From positions 31,806,001-31,870,000 of the forward strand of contig OZ024757.1 in assembly GCA_964016885.1 (NCBI GenBank): a stretch of DNA of 64,000 bases, in the 5' to 3' direction. Position 1 is the first letter of the stretch; every line of letters starts with the position of its first letter. The DNA is from Eledone cirrhosa. Its lineage: Eukaryota. The notes under the pieces were generated by a model. It did no database searches, was not told the origin of the DNA, and worked only from the letters and a program-made list of their open reading frames with translations. The translations under genes and the position numbers were made by a program. Shown here in pieces: positions 42,307 through 56,068 of the stretch.

Positions 42307-43529
42307 TATTTATGATATAGTGGTCTCAAGATAGAGGCTTATCCATCTCAGCCGTAATATATCACCTACCAACTGCTTCTTGTTGTTTGTGTACTGCGGC
42401 TATTTAGCGACTGCTACGGCAACTATAGTTTATGGCATTCACTTCTTTATATGTTTATATGTTTTCTAATTTTGCTTGTAAAATTTGAATCGGGTGTCGA
42501 GGTCGGCTAGAGGTTGGAGGGTTAAAGTTCAATTCTAACTGTCAGCTAGATGAGTTACCGGGCGTGTTGGGGATAAGCGCCTATCCCACAACAACCCTCA
42601 TCTTTGTCCGCTGCCTGTCCGCCCGCCTACCCAGCCCTCACCACCGAATGGAAATGGCAGCGTAACCTCCCCTCAAAAAAGAAAATTCTACTTCCTTTCT
42701 TTCTCCTCCTCCTCCGCCTTCTCCTCCTCCTCCTCCTTTCTCCTCACTATCCTACTCCCCATTTTAATCGTCGTCGGCGTCGGCATCATCATCATCATCA
42801 TCATCATCTTCATGATCGTTGTCATCATCCTCACCATCATCATCATCATCGCCATCGTCGTTTTTCCCTTAACCCATTCCCAACCCCTTGGGAATATTGA
42901 TGTAAACTGAGAATAAAAGGGTAGAATTGGATAGGGTAAGGAGATAATGGGGTTCGGGTGAACGGGTGGTATTTGGTGGCGTAGTGGTTAGGAAGACGAA
43001 CAGTGTGGGACGTGTTGGTTGGGGCGGTGGAGTGGTGGGGTGTAGATATTTCAACCCTGTTAGGCTTGAAAATGTTATCGGGGGTGAGCAGAAACAGCGA
43101 CGACGCAACAGGAAATCGATTCATGTCACGTGATCGATGTTGGATCGCATGCCCCCCCCCCCCGCCTCATACTCTCCTCCTGCTCCCTGCTCCCTTCTTT
43201 CCTCCTGTAACAATCGCACATGCTTGCTCACCCATACGACTAGCACATAGGCCTTGCGCGCGCTCACTCACACGCACACGAGTAAATGAAATGCATTCTC
43301 ACACACACACTCACACACTCACACACACACTCACACACACACACACTCACACACACACACACACACTCACACAAACACACACACACTCACACACACTCGC
43401 TCTCGCACACTCTCTCTCACACACACACAAACATACACACACTCACACACAAACATACACACACTCACACACAAACATACACACACTCACACACACTCTC
43501 TCTCACACACACTAACACACACACACTAA

Positions 43530-43560
<31 letters not shown>

Positions 43561-44060
43561 TTACACACACACAGACTAACTCACACACTCACACACACAC
43601 ACACGCTTACTCGCAACACACAGGCACCCTCTCTCTCATATACACACACGCATACGCGACCAAATACGCACTCATACACACACTGACGTGCAAGAAAATG
43701 CACACGCATACTCACACATTCACTTATACACAGACAAGTACATACATACACTTACATACTCACACACATACATTTTCATACACACATAGACCAGTACACG
43801 TACACACACGATTTCATGCACACATGTTCATACATACACACACACTCATACAGACACATACGCACATACATACTCATACATACACACACACTCATACAGA
43901 CACATACGCACATACATACTCATACATACACACACACTCTTACAGACATACGCACATACATGTTCATACATACACATACACTCATACAGACACATACGCA
44001 CAGACATACTCATACATACATATATATATACACTCTTTCATACCCACACACACACGAGTC

Positions 44061-44124
<64 letters not shown>

Positions 44125-44394
44125 CTCTCATACGCACACACGCACACGAGTAAATATATACACACACACACACATATATATATACTCTCTCATACCCACA
44201 CACACACATGCACACGCGCGCCAAATTCGTCTGCGGATTGGTCGGTAACTAAGGCTGTCTTTGCCGTATAGGGGTTAATTATGTAATCGATAAAGATGGG
44301 GGCAGGGGGAGGTTGAAAAATGAGGCGGGTGCATTAGTGGGGTAAGGCTGGAGGAGGAGAAGGAGGAGGAGCGAAAAGAAGTGGGCAGAAAAAG

Positions 44395-44788
44395 AAGACA
44401 GAAAGGAGAAATATAGAGAGAGGACGAGAGAGAGAGAGAGAGAGAAAGAGGAGCCAGAGAGAAAGAGAGAGAGCGAAAGAGTCAGAGAGATAAAGGGAAG
44501 TCAGAGAGAAAGAGGGAGAGAGTGAGAAAGAGACAGAGAGAGAAAAGGGGAACCAGAGAGAAAGAGACAGACAGAGAGAGACCGAGAGAGAGAGAGATAA
44601 AGGAGAGCTAGAGAGCGACAGAGAGAAAAGAGGGAGTTAGGAGAGAGAGGGAAAGAGTCAGAGAGATAAAGGGAAGTCAGAGAGAAAGAGGGAGAAAGAC
44701 AGAGAGAGAAAAGGGGAACCAGAGAGAAATAGACAGAGAGAGACAGAGAGAGCTAAAAGGGAGCCAGAGAGAGAGAGATAAAGGAGAG

Positions 44789-44830
<42 letters not shown>

Positions 44831-45540
44831 TGTGAGCTGGGGAGCGACAGAGAGAAAAGTTAGGAGAGAGAGAGTGAGAGAGACAGAGAAAAGGGGGAGC
44901 CAAAGAGAAAGACTGAGAGTCAGTGAGAGGGAGAGAGACGGGGGGGGGGGCATTTATTAAGAATGAGTTAGTGTAACTATACAAAGAAAACTGAAAGAAG
45001 GAAAGAAAGAAAGGATGAAGGAAAGATCTAAGATAGAAAGAGAAGGAGAAATATAGATCAGAGGAAGAGAAGAAAGTAAAATATAGATTTACTGAGCAGA
45101 TATGTCAGGGAGAGAGAGAGGATATGTGAGAGAGAGAGGGGGGATATGTGAGAGAGAGGGGGGAGAGAGGGAAGGATATGTGAGAGAGAGAGGGTGAGAG
45201 AGGGAAGGATATGTGAGAGAGAGGAGCGAAGAGAGAGAAGGATATGTGAGAGAGAGGGGGGAAGAGAGAGAAGGATATGAGATAGGTGGGGGGGGGGCAA
45301 GAGAGGGGGGAGAGGGAAGGATATGTGAGAGAGAGGGGGAAGAGAGAAAAGGATATGAGAGTGGTGGGGAGGGGGGGGGGGGGCAAGAAAGAGGGGATAT
45401 GTCGGAGAGGGAGAGAGAGGGAAAGTGGAAGAAAATGAAAGAGAGGGAGGGAAGGAAGGAAGGAAGTAAAGAATGAAAGAGCGGCAGGTGAATATAAAAT
45501 AGATAGGGAAGAAGATAGAAGAGGAAGAGGAAGACGAGGT
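44395..45540. repeat. Polypurine (GA)-rich tract including ggatatgtga(ga)n units
   Basis: Direct reading. Confidence 0.85.
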
Positions 45541-45699
45541 GGAAGTGGTGGTGGTGGTGGTGGTGGTGAAGAAAGGAAGAAGGAGGTGGAGTAGGAGTGA
45601 CAGGTTTGGGTGTTTTCCATCTTTAAATGACGGGAGAAATTGGGTCTTTGATAGCAGAAAAGTAATTTGGTGTCTTGTTATGTTGTTGTGTGTTATTGT

Positions 45700-46500
45700 G
45701 ACTCGTTGTCTTGTTGTCTTGTCTTATGTTAATTGTTATATAATCTACTGAGTTGTGTCTTGTCTTATGTCTCTCTATGTGTTGAGTAATCACTGAGTTG
45801 TGTTGAGTTTCATGTTATATAATCTAGTGTGTGTTGTGTTGTTTTGAGTCTTGTGTCTTGTCTCTGTTTTGTATAATCACTGGGTTGTGTTGTGCTATGT
45901 TTGATTTTATATAATCTGGTGTATGTTGTGCCTTGTCTCTGTTTAGTATAATCACTGAGCAGCGTTGTGTTGTATGTTTGATGTTACATAATCACTGTTG
46001 GTTGTGTTGTTTAGTCTCTTTTCTTATCTGTGTTTTCTATAATCACTGCCTTGTGTGGTTGTGTTGTGTGTTTCATGTTATATAATCTAGTGTGTGTTGT
46101 GATGTGTGCTGTGTCTTGTCTCTGTTTAGTATAATCACTGGGTTGTGTTGTGTTGCATGTTTGATGTTACATAATCTGGTGTGTGTTGTCTTGTCTCTGT
46201 ATTGTATAATCACTGCGTTGCGTTGTGTTGCATGTTTGATGTTACATAATCTAGTTTGTGTGTGTTGTGCTGTAGCATGAATAAGTGTTACATAATCACT
46301 CCGTTGTGTTGTGAGATTTAATAAGTGTTATGTAATCCCTGCATATGTTGTGGGACCTTAATACGTGTTGTGCAATCGTTTATGTGTGTTGTATGTCTGA
46401 TGTTGCTTGTTACATAATCGTGTGTCTGTTGTGTGTCTTGCTACATAATCTGGTGTGTGTTGTGTGTCTTGTTCTTTGTTACATAATATAATGTGTGTTG
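45700..46500. repeat. Old, diverged GT-rich minisatellite with ataatc-anchored units
   Basis: Recurrent gtataatcactg..gttgtgttg..gatgttacataatct. Confidence 0.75.
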
Positions 46501-47467
46501 TTGTGGTGTTGATAATGGTAGTTGTTGTGGTGATGATATTAGTAGGAGAGGCTGCAATGGTAGAGCTGTGGGTTATAGTAACAGTGAAATGTGTGTTCAT
46601 CCTTACGAGGTCGATAAAATAAAGTACCAGTAATGCACTGGTTAATTGCTGGCCTTGTGCCTAAAGTAGGAACAGTTATTATTGTAGCTGTTGTTGTTAG
46701 TGATGATGATGGTGGTGGTGGTGGTGGTGGTGTTGGTGTTGGTAGTTGATAGCAGCAGTGGTTGTGATAGAAGTGTTGATTGATGTTGATGGTGGTGTTA
46801 ATGTTGATGAGGATGATGTTGATGATGTTGATGATGGTGATGATGATGGTGATAATGTTGATGATGATGATGATGATGATGGTGATAACGATGACGACGA
46901 TGATGATGATGATGATGATAATAATGTTGACGATGATGATGATAATGGTAATAACGATGGTGACGATGATGATGATGTTGATAACGATGATAACGATGTT
47001 GATAATGACGATAACGATAATGATGACGATGATAACGGCAATAACGATGGTTAGAATGATAATGATGATAATGGTGTTGGTGGGTAGCGGTGGTGGGGTG
47101 TCTGGTTTAGAGATGTTAAGGAGAGGGATCAGGCTGGCTGAGGAAGGGGCGGGACTAATAGTCAAAAATGTGTTAAGGAGAATACGAAAGTGAAAGTAGA
47201 ATTAACGAAAAGAAACACAAAAATAATAAATATAAAAATGAAATTAAAATCAGCAATAATTCCTCCCAAAATTGCAACACTGACAAAAAATCCAAAAGAA
47301 GATCAAACGAAGCGGGTGGGGGCTACCGGGATCGATCCCAAGGTTGGTAGTGCTAGTGATAAGTGTTGATTTAATCGATTAAGCACAAAACTTAGAACCA
47401 GACGAACTGCAGTAAATGGGTTAAGATCAGAGAAGGGAGTAGCTTAAAGAGCATTGTAAAAATTAAC

Positions 47468-48190
47468 ATGGCTGTGTGGCTAAGGAGTTAATCCATTCAG
47501 CCGCTACGTACTTCTAGGGTTCAGAGACTACCATGTGGTTTGGGGGTTGAGTCCCTAATAATCTGTACCTTGTTATACCTTGGGTAACTCAACAAACACG
47601 TGGTTTGGATTCAGTGACTACCATGTGGTTTTGGGGGTTGAGTCCTTAATAATCTGTACCTTGTGATACCTTGGGTAACTCAGGAACCACGTATTTTGGA
47701 TTCAGTGATCAACATGTGGTTTGGGGGTTGAGTCCCTAATAATCTGTACCTTGTGATACCTTGTGTAACTCAGCAAACACGTGGTTTGGAGATTCAGTGA
47801 CTACCATGTGGTTTGGGGGTTGAGTCCCCGCCATGTGACATCTTGGGTAGCTCGGAAACCACGTCATTTGGAGGTTGGGTCCCTACCATGTGACACCTTG
47901 GTCAACACAGCAACCACGTGATTTAGGGGTTCAGTCCCTACCACACGTGGTTTTGGGGTTGAGTCCCTAACACCTTGTCCAATGTGATAACTTGGACAAC
48001 TCAGCAACCATGTGGTTTGGGGGTTCAGTCCCTACTATGTGACATCTTGGGTAACTCGGAAATCATGTGCTTCTGGGTTTTAGTCCCCACTGTGTGACAC
48101 CAGAGGTAACTCGGCAACCACGTGGTTCTGGGTTCAGTGATGCTCCCTTAGAGCACGTTGAACAAGTGTCTTTTATTATACCCTCTTGTA
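47468..48190 (+). repeat. tRNA-derived SINE head with its B-box segment tandemly amplified (~50-60 bp units)
   Basis: tggctgtgtgg start; repeated caaccacgtggtt..gggtt(c/g)agtccc..gtgacaccttggg; ends in caagtgtcttttattata. Confidence 0.65.
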
Positions 48191-48194
48191 GTTC

Positions 48195-48468
48195 AAGTTA
48201 CTAAGTCTAAAGTCTGATTCGGGCCCGGAGTGTCATCAGGCCGGTGCTTATCCCGGTTTCTTTGGCATTAAGCGAATGTCTCTTGGACAGGACGATAGTC
48301 CATCACAGGGTTAAATCCCCAGCTATTGCTGCTGGCACTCATTTTTAGCTGAGTATACTGAAACATCGTAAAATGAAGTCTTTTGTTCAAGAACACAACA
48401 CAGAACCCAATCCATGAAAACCCACGACATTATGATAGTAAGGCGAACACCCTTACCACTAGGCCACA
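48195..48468 (-). mobile_element. SINE-2
   Basis: Homologous to 9165-9398. Confidence 0.7.
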
Positions 48469-48809
48469 TTCCAAGAGGAAATGGTCGTGGTTAAAACACT
48501 GTTGATCATAGGTTAGGTCTGCTTGATTAGGTCTAACCTAGGGCTAAACTAACATACTACCTACAACCGCAAAATGGAGCCTTTACCTGCTAGAAATAGG
48601 AACTAAATATCATCCAATTCATATGCTATCCTCGTTAAAATAGAGGCAATGGACAATGTAGTCCTAGATGTACTATACCTGCATAAAATACTGGATGGGC
48701 GCAGTTGGAACGCCTTAGATAATGAGTCAGGTCAGTCAGAGCCGAGCTAGGTCAAACATCACCACTGACAACAACTACAACAACACAACTACAACCTTAG
48801 CTATAACAA

Positions 48810-48930
48810 TAACTGTTTCTACTTATGGCACAAGGCCAGCAATTATTCCAGTGCATTACTGGTACTTTATTTTATCGACCCCGTAAGGATGAAAGGCAAA
48901 GTTAACCTCGGCGGGATTTGAACTCAGACC
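48810..48930 (-). mobile_element. SINE-1, 5'-truncated
   Basis: Consensus match. Other partial copies at 46595-46682, 59391-59505 and 59950-60150. Confidence 0.85.
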
Positions 48931-49056
48931 GCACGCGCTCACACATTACAAACACTAACACTAATACACACACGAGAGAGTGAGAGAGATACGATATATA
49001 TATATATATATATATGTGTGTGTATACTAGCTGGCCTTGTGCCAAAAAGTAGAAAC

Positions 49057-49150
<94 letters not shown>

Positions 49151-49179
49151 GTAACACACGAGTTGTGATATATTAGTAA

Positions 49180-49430
49180 AAGGAAAATAGGGCGTCGTCC
49201 CTGTATATTCCGCCTTGCAAGGGTTGGATTTCGGCTCTGATGTTATGTAATAGGTAAATTCCAACTAAATCGGTGATTTGCGCAGAGTCACTTGAGCCCA
49301 TCGTGATGTCAAAGTTGTCTGTTCTATCTTTTCTAGTCCAGAGTGCTCCGTTGAATTCAATGATAGACTGCCTAGCCAAAAGTATGATGTTAATCTCATT
49401 ATTGGTTATGGACGAAGAAAATCTTGTGAT
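49180..49430 (-). pseudogene. Penelope-like element reverse transcriptase fragment
   Basis: EINIILLARQSIIEFNGALWTRKDRTDNFDITMGSSDSAQITDLVGIYLL..GGIYRDDAL matches the FDxTMGSxDxAxxxxLVG and GxYRDDxL motifs of PLE RTs. Confidence 0.85.
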
Positions 49431-49744
49431 CTCTGTATTACAGAAGCATATTACATAACTCTATCAAGACCTCTACCGATTATCGATAGAACGGAGGTAA
49501 CTATTAGCTGTCAACATCGAAGGGCTAATTCCTTCGCCAAAAGAATATTTGACCCAACTTAGTCATCTAGCCCCATTTTAACTTGTAGCTAATAAGTTAA
49601 ATAGCTATGACTAACTTAGATAATTATAGGTTACCTCCCCTACATTGTCTCTCAATTAAAAAAATTAAAAATTAGCACTTAACTATAAACTACCCACAAT
49701 TTATAATCTCTCGAGGAGTTACTTCCCCTGAAACCACCCTCTAA

Positions 49745-50252
49745 TATACAATATATTAACAAATGGAAACTATATTTATAAAACCATATTTATTTCATTA
49801 TACATATTTCAAGGGCGACCAAGGTAGATTATGGTGCGCTTTCATCATATAAAATATAGCTTCCTGGAAGCTCCAACCGGTAAGGTTGCATTTTTTCAGG
49901 GTATGTCAATATTTATTTATAAAACTGATCTGTATTATATTTTATCTGATAGGGCGGTGGGTTGGCAGTATCGGTAGAGGGTCGGACGCCATGCTTTGAA
50001 GCATAGAATTACGTCCCTTTATGATCTGAGTTCAAATCCCGCCGAGGCTAACTTTGCCTTTCATCCTTACGGGGTCGATAAAATAAAGTACCAGTAATGT
50101 ACTGGGTAATTGCTGGCCTTGTGCCTAAAATAGAAACAATTATATTTTATCTGATGAAAGCGCAGCATAATCTGCCTTGGTGGCCCTTGAAATATGTATA
50201 ATGAAATAAATATGGTTTTATAAATATAGTTTCCATTTGTTAATATATTGTA

Positions 50253-50255
<3 letters not shown>
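49745..50255. mobile_element. Family A fold-back interrupted by SINE-1; hammerheads at 49791-49856 (-, C3A) and 50143-50208 (+)
   Basis: Inverted arms; homology to 20823-21310. Confidence 0.85.
49952..50141 (+). mobile_element. SINE-1 with a 17-bp TSD (attatattttatctgat)
   Basis: TSD at 49934-49950 and 50139-50155. Confidence 0.92.
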
Positions 50256-50292
<37 letters not shown>

Positions 50293-50303
<11 letters not shown>

Positions 50304-50415
50304 AAATTAATGAAAATAAAAGCAACAAAGTCGTTATTTTTCCCGATTCATATCATTGTTTTAAATAACTTGACTTTGTTGTTTTTATTTTCATTGTTAA
50401 ATTAATACCTTATAT
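50293..50415. repeat. AT-rich imperfect palindrome next to (TA)n
   Basis: tataaggtattaa..aatgaaaataaaagcaacaaagtc / gactttgttgtttttattttcatt..ttaataccttata. Confidence 0.7.
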
Positions 50416-50754
50416 CTGACTCTGTATCTAAGGAATTAACTCAGCAGAACATGGAACTTTTCTATGGATTTCACTGGATTACTCGCTATCGGATTACATT
50501 GAGTTCTACCTACGGTACGGACCCTACCACCAACAGTAAACCAGACAGAAAAAAAAAAGAATATATATATATATATGTGTATATATATATATGTATATAT
50601 ATATATATGTATGTGTAAAGTATGTATTCTAGACTGTCTGCTGACGTCATCTGAAGATGATATTATTAGACAGTTACCCCTGAACATCATTACGGCCCCC
50701 TTCTGAGAAAAATACAGTTATATAGGAGTGTCTGAGTGTATATATATATATATG

Positions 50755-50823
<69 letters not shown>

Positions 50824-50882
50824 GCATATATATATATATATATATACTCTTTTAATCCTTCACCTGTTCCAGCCATGATGGG

Positions 50883-50921
<39 letters not shown>

Positions 50922-50974
50922 CCTAATTAAATAGCTTTGTATTATACATAGAGCACTTTGTTTTCCTTTGCTTC

Positions 50975-51063
<89 letters not shown>

Positions 51064-51090
51064 GTATGTATATACACTCAGACACACACA

Positions 51091-51350
51091 TCTATATATC
51101 TAAAACAGAGAATGTCTGTCTGTCTGACTCCCTAAATCTCGAGAACCAACCAACTGATTGTTTTCAAGCTTTACACATGTAATACATATGGTCCTGTGAA
51201 TGTTTTGAGCAAAAAATATTTCAAATTTTCAATGCCCTAGGAGCCGCATTAGGCGCCGTTTAGCGATCTCTCTGTCTTTCTAGATAGATACATAGTTATA
51301 ACGACGCGCCCTTATAATATCTGTCTGTATGTCTAGCTGTCTGCATTACA
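51091..51350 (+). mobile_element. Possible non-autonomous Helitron 5' portion
   Basis: a|TCTATATATCTAAAA start followed by (GTCT)n, a common Helitron-type opening; no 3' CTAG end identified. Confidence 0.4.
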
Positions 51351-51475
51351 ACATTATGACACTATCTGTGTGTCTATATATATGTATATATAGTGTGTAT
51401 ATATATATATATATATATATAGTGTGTAACGTTTTTTCGAAATATTTACTTCTTCGTTCACAGATTGATTTTTTT

Positions 51476-51526
51476 AGTTTCAGAAGATACCGTTAAGGAT
51501 GAAAGCAGCTATTCTTTGCTTAAACT
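51476..51526 (+). ncRNA. Family B variant hammerhead, third copy
   Basis: AGTTT-CAGAAGA-TACC GTTAA GGAT-GAA-AGCA..TGCT-T-AAACT; stem II weakened. Confidence 0.5.
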
Positions 51527-51529
51527 TTA

Positions 51530-51602
<73 letters not shown>

Positions 51603-51788
51603 TTATTTTTAGTGGTTCACCACTGGATAGAACTGATCATTCGGGGATCGTCTGCAACAATGACACCTCGATCGCAGGCCGTCCTCGAATCAAATATATT
51701 TTCTGTTGGTGTATGCCGCGTAATTCCTTTATAATTATGCAATCCAAACCTGATGATGTCGCCCAGATCTTATGTAACCAGGCCATTG

Positions 51789-51824
<36 letters not shown>

Positions 51825-52007
51825 TTTTTGCTACAATACAACTTTAAAGGAACATTATCAGTCCGGCCTCCTGTTGTTTTAATCAAACCTCTCCCTACAT
51901 ATATATACACACACACACACATGTATGTATATATCCTCATATACTATTTCCCAAGCGTGAAACTTAAATTTTTGCATCTCTATATTTGTCTTGTTTATTC
52001 TTGAACT

Positions 52008-52050
<43 letters not shown>

Positions 52051-52345
52051 TGTGTGTGTGTGTGTGTTGAACAATGAAAATAAAACAAAAGTCGAAAGAT
52101 AGGTTCTTAATTAGTTTATTGTTTTACGATCATTTTAGAGGGTTGATTAATCATGAGAGATCGATATATTGACTAGCAGGTAGTGGTTATGTCACTACCT
52201 ATTTCTAGTCTTGAAATATATACATATATACATACATGTGTGTCTGAGGGGTCTCTGCACAGTTTCCGTTTACCAACTTCCATTCCCAGAATATTAGGTA
52301 TGTAACCTGTGACCTATGATAGAAGAAAGACACATGTCAACTATG

Positions 52346-52672
52346 GGGTCTGTAGAAATTGAACCTGGTATTACTAGAGTACCAAAGAAATGGTTTGACT
52401 TGGGTCTGTAGAGATTGAACCTGGTATTACTAGAGTACCAAAGAAATGGTTTGACTTGGGTCTGTAGAGATTGAACCTGGTATTACTAGAGTACCAAAGA
52501 AATGGTTTGACTTGGGTCTGTAGAGATTGAACCTGGTATTACTAGAGTACCAAAGAAATGGTTTGACTTGGGTCTGTAGAAATTGAACCTGGTATTACTA
52601 GAGTACCAAAGAAATGGTTTGACTTGGGTCTGTAGAGATTGAACCTGGTATTAGTAAACTGCCAAAGAAATT
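52346..52672. repeat. 56-bp tandem repeat, ~6 copies, at the head of a degenerate minus-strand SINE (52240-52345)
   Basis: gggtctgtagagattgaacctggtattactagagtaccaaagaaatggtttgactt at 52402, 52458 and onward. Confidence 0.9.
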
Positions 52673-52680
52673 GTTAGATT

Positions 52681-53918
52681 GGTGGTAGTGGTAATAGTTA
52701 TGGTGGTGGTGGTGGCAATGGCTACAAGGTGGTGGTGGTGTTAGAGGTTGTAATGGTTATAATATTGGAGGTTGTGGTGGTGGTAGAGGTGGTAATAGCT
52801 ATAATGGTGGTGGTGGTTGTACTGGTGATGGTTACAATGGTGGTGGTGGTGGTGGTGATAGTGGTGGAGGTGGTGTTGATGGTTACAATGGTGGTGATGG
52901 TGCTGGTGATGGTTACAATGGTGGAGGTGCTGGTGATGGTTACAATGGTGGTGGTGGTGATAGTGGTGGCGGTGGTGTTGATGGTTACAATGGTGGTGAT
53001 GATAGTGTTGGTGATGGTTACAATGGTGGTGGTGATGGTGATGGTTACAATGGTGGTGGTGGTGATAGTGGTGGAGGTGGTGTTGATGGTTACAATGGTG
53101 GTGATGATAGTGTTGGTGATGGTTACAATGGTGGTGGTGCTGGTGATGGTTACAATGGTGGTGGTGGTGATAGTGGTGGAGGTGGTGTTGATGGTTACAA
53201 TGGTGGTGATGATAGTGTTGGTGATGGTTACAATGGTGGTGGTGCTGGTGATGGTTACAATGGTGGTGGTGGTGATAGTGGTGGCGGTGGTGTTGATGGT
53301 TACAATGGTGGTGATGATAGTGTTGGTGATGGTTACAATGGTGGTGGTGCTGGTGATGGTTACAATGGTGGTGGTGGTGGAGGTGGTGTTGATGGTTACA
53401 ATGGTGGTGATGATAGTGTTGGTGATGGTTACAATGGTGGTGGTGCTGGTGATGGTTACAATGGTGGTGGTGGTGATAGTGGTGGAGGTGGTGTTGATGG
53501 TTACAATGGTGGTGATGATAGTGTTGGTGATGGTTACAATGGTGGTGGTGCTGGTGATGGTTACAATGGTGGTGGTGGTGATAGTGGTGGAGGTGGTGTT
53601 GATGGTTACAATGGTGGTGATGATAGTGTTGGTGATGGTTACAATGGTGGTGGTGCTGGTGATGGTTACAATGGTGGTGGTGGTGATAGTGGTGGAGGTG
53701 GTGTTGATGGTTACAGTGGTGGTGGTGATGATAGTGTTGGTGGTGATGGTTACAATGGTGATGGTGATGGTGATAGTGATGGTGCTGGAGGTTGTGGTGA
53801 TGTTGGTAGTGGTGGTGGTGGTGGTGTTGATGGTTACAGTGGTGGTGGTGGTGGAGGTTGTGGTGATGTTGATAGTGGTGGTGGTGCTGGGGATGGTTAC
53901 AGTGGTGGTGGTGGAGGA
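52681..53918. repeat. GGT-based minisatellite with a 105-bp higher-order unit (33+27+45)
   Basis: atggttaca-anchored subunits. Confidence 0.9.
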
Positions 53919-54027
53919 CGCTTTAGTCATTTCTCTGCTTTGTTTCGGCAATTCAATAACCGAGTTATTTACCTACCAAACCAGCTGGAATACCACACGA
54001 TTTCATATCATAGAAAGTTATGTCATA

Positions 54028-54059
<32 letters not shown>

Positions 54060-54321
54060 TTTATATATATTTATATATATATATATATATATCGATATAT
54101 ATATATATTTATATATATTTATATATATATATCGATATATATGTATATATATATATATTTTTATGTATATATATATATATTTTTATATATACATATATAT
54201 ATATATATATTTACATATATATATTTATATATATATATATATATTTTTTTTTTACATATATATATTTTTACATATATATATTTATATATATATATACATA
54301 TATATATATGTTTACACACAC

Positions 54322-54354
<33 letters not shown>

Positions 54355-54499
54355 CATATTTATATATATACATATATATATATTTTTACATATATATATT
54401 TATATATATATATATGTAAAAGTATATGTATATATATATATAAATATATATATGTAAAAATATATATATATATGTAAAAATATATATATATATATAAAA

Positions 54500-54558
<59 letters not shown>

Positions 54559-54681
54559 AATATATATATATGTATATATGTAGAAGTTATATTTAATTTG
54601 TTGGGATACAACAAGCAAATATATTTATAACCGATATAAAGCACTCAACAAATTATTGGAGTAAAAATACAATATAATACA

Positions 54682-54715
<34 letters not shown>

Positions 54716-54780
54716 ATGTATATATATATATATGTGTGAGTGTGTGTATATATATATGTGTACGTGTGTGTATATATATG

Positions 54781-54815
<35 letters not shown>

Positions 54816-54935
54816 ATATATGTACATATATATGTATATGTGTGTATATGTATATATATATATCTATATATGTATATGTGTGTGTATATATATATATGTA
54901 CATATATTTATATGTATGTGTATATATATATATGT

Positions 54936-54966
<31 letters not shown>

Positions 54967-54974
54967 TGTATATG

Positions 54975-55027
<53 letters not shown>

Positions 55028-55120
55028 GTATATATATATATGTATATGTATGTATATATATGTATATATATATATGTATATGTATGTATATATATGTATA
55101 TATATATATGTATATGTATA

Positions 55121-55153
<33 letters not shown>

Positions 55154-55239
55154 GTTTATATATATATATATGTATGTATGTGTATATATATATATATGTA
55201 TATATATTGTATATATGTACATATATATTTTTACATATA

Positions 55240-55277
<38 letters not shown>

Positions 55278-55310
55278 TATATACATATACATATACATAT
55301 ATATATGTAC

Positions 55311-55356
<46 letters not shown>

Positions 55357-55738
55357 GTACATATACATATATATATACATATACACATATACACACACAT
55401 AGAATGAGAGATCTGTGTTATTTTATTATATAATTATTTCCTCTAACATAAAAAAATACATATTTTCACAATAGGATCTATGGGACCATACATCACTTTA
55501 TTTCCAAATAAAAGGGACTTTTCTCTTCCCCTCTCCCTCTTTCTCCCTCTTTCTCCCTCTCCTTCTTTCTCCCTCTCTTTCTCTCTCCCTCTCTTTTCTT
55601 TCTTTCCCTCTCCCTATCTTTTCTCTCGCTCTCTCTCGCTCTCTCTCTCCCTCTCTCCCCCCCTCTCTCTCCCTCTCCCCCCTCTCTCTCCCTCTCTCCC
55701 CCCTCTCTACACTCTTTTCTATCTCTCTGTCCCTCTCT

Positions 55739-55771
<33 letters not shown>

Positions 55772-55987
55772 GTATATATGTGTGTGTGTGTGTGCGTGTG
55801 CGTCTGTGTACGCATCTCTGTGTGTCCCCACCAATACATATCTCTCCTCGGCTCCCTATATCCTCTCCCCCTCTCCCTCTTCCCCCCTCTCCCTCTCTCC
55901 CTCTTTCCCTCTTTCCCCCGCCCCCTCTCCTTCTTTCCTCCGCCCCCTCTCTGTTGTAAGTATTGTTGCAGGACAATAATTAGCATT

Positions 55988-56046
<59 letters not shown>

Positions 56047-56068
56047 CATATCTATACTGTATGATATA

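Noticed and set aside
50642-50692. CTGAAGA-TGAT..ATCA hammerhead candidate, and a CRE site
   Set aside because: No GAAA or stem III follows; an isolated TGACGTCA is not informative.
52722-53951. Mucin-like Thr-rich ORF (also 61199-62314) and Pro/Gly/Asp-rich ORFs (18112-18755, 46746-47054)
   Set aside because: Triplet-derived minisatellites open in several frames on both strands, with no non-repetitive domain, signal peptide or splice evidence.
54681-54760. Microsatellite pattern matching the reverse complement of 60770-60840
   Set aside because: Low complexity makes a chance match plausible; no unique flanking homology.
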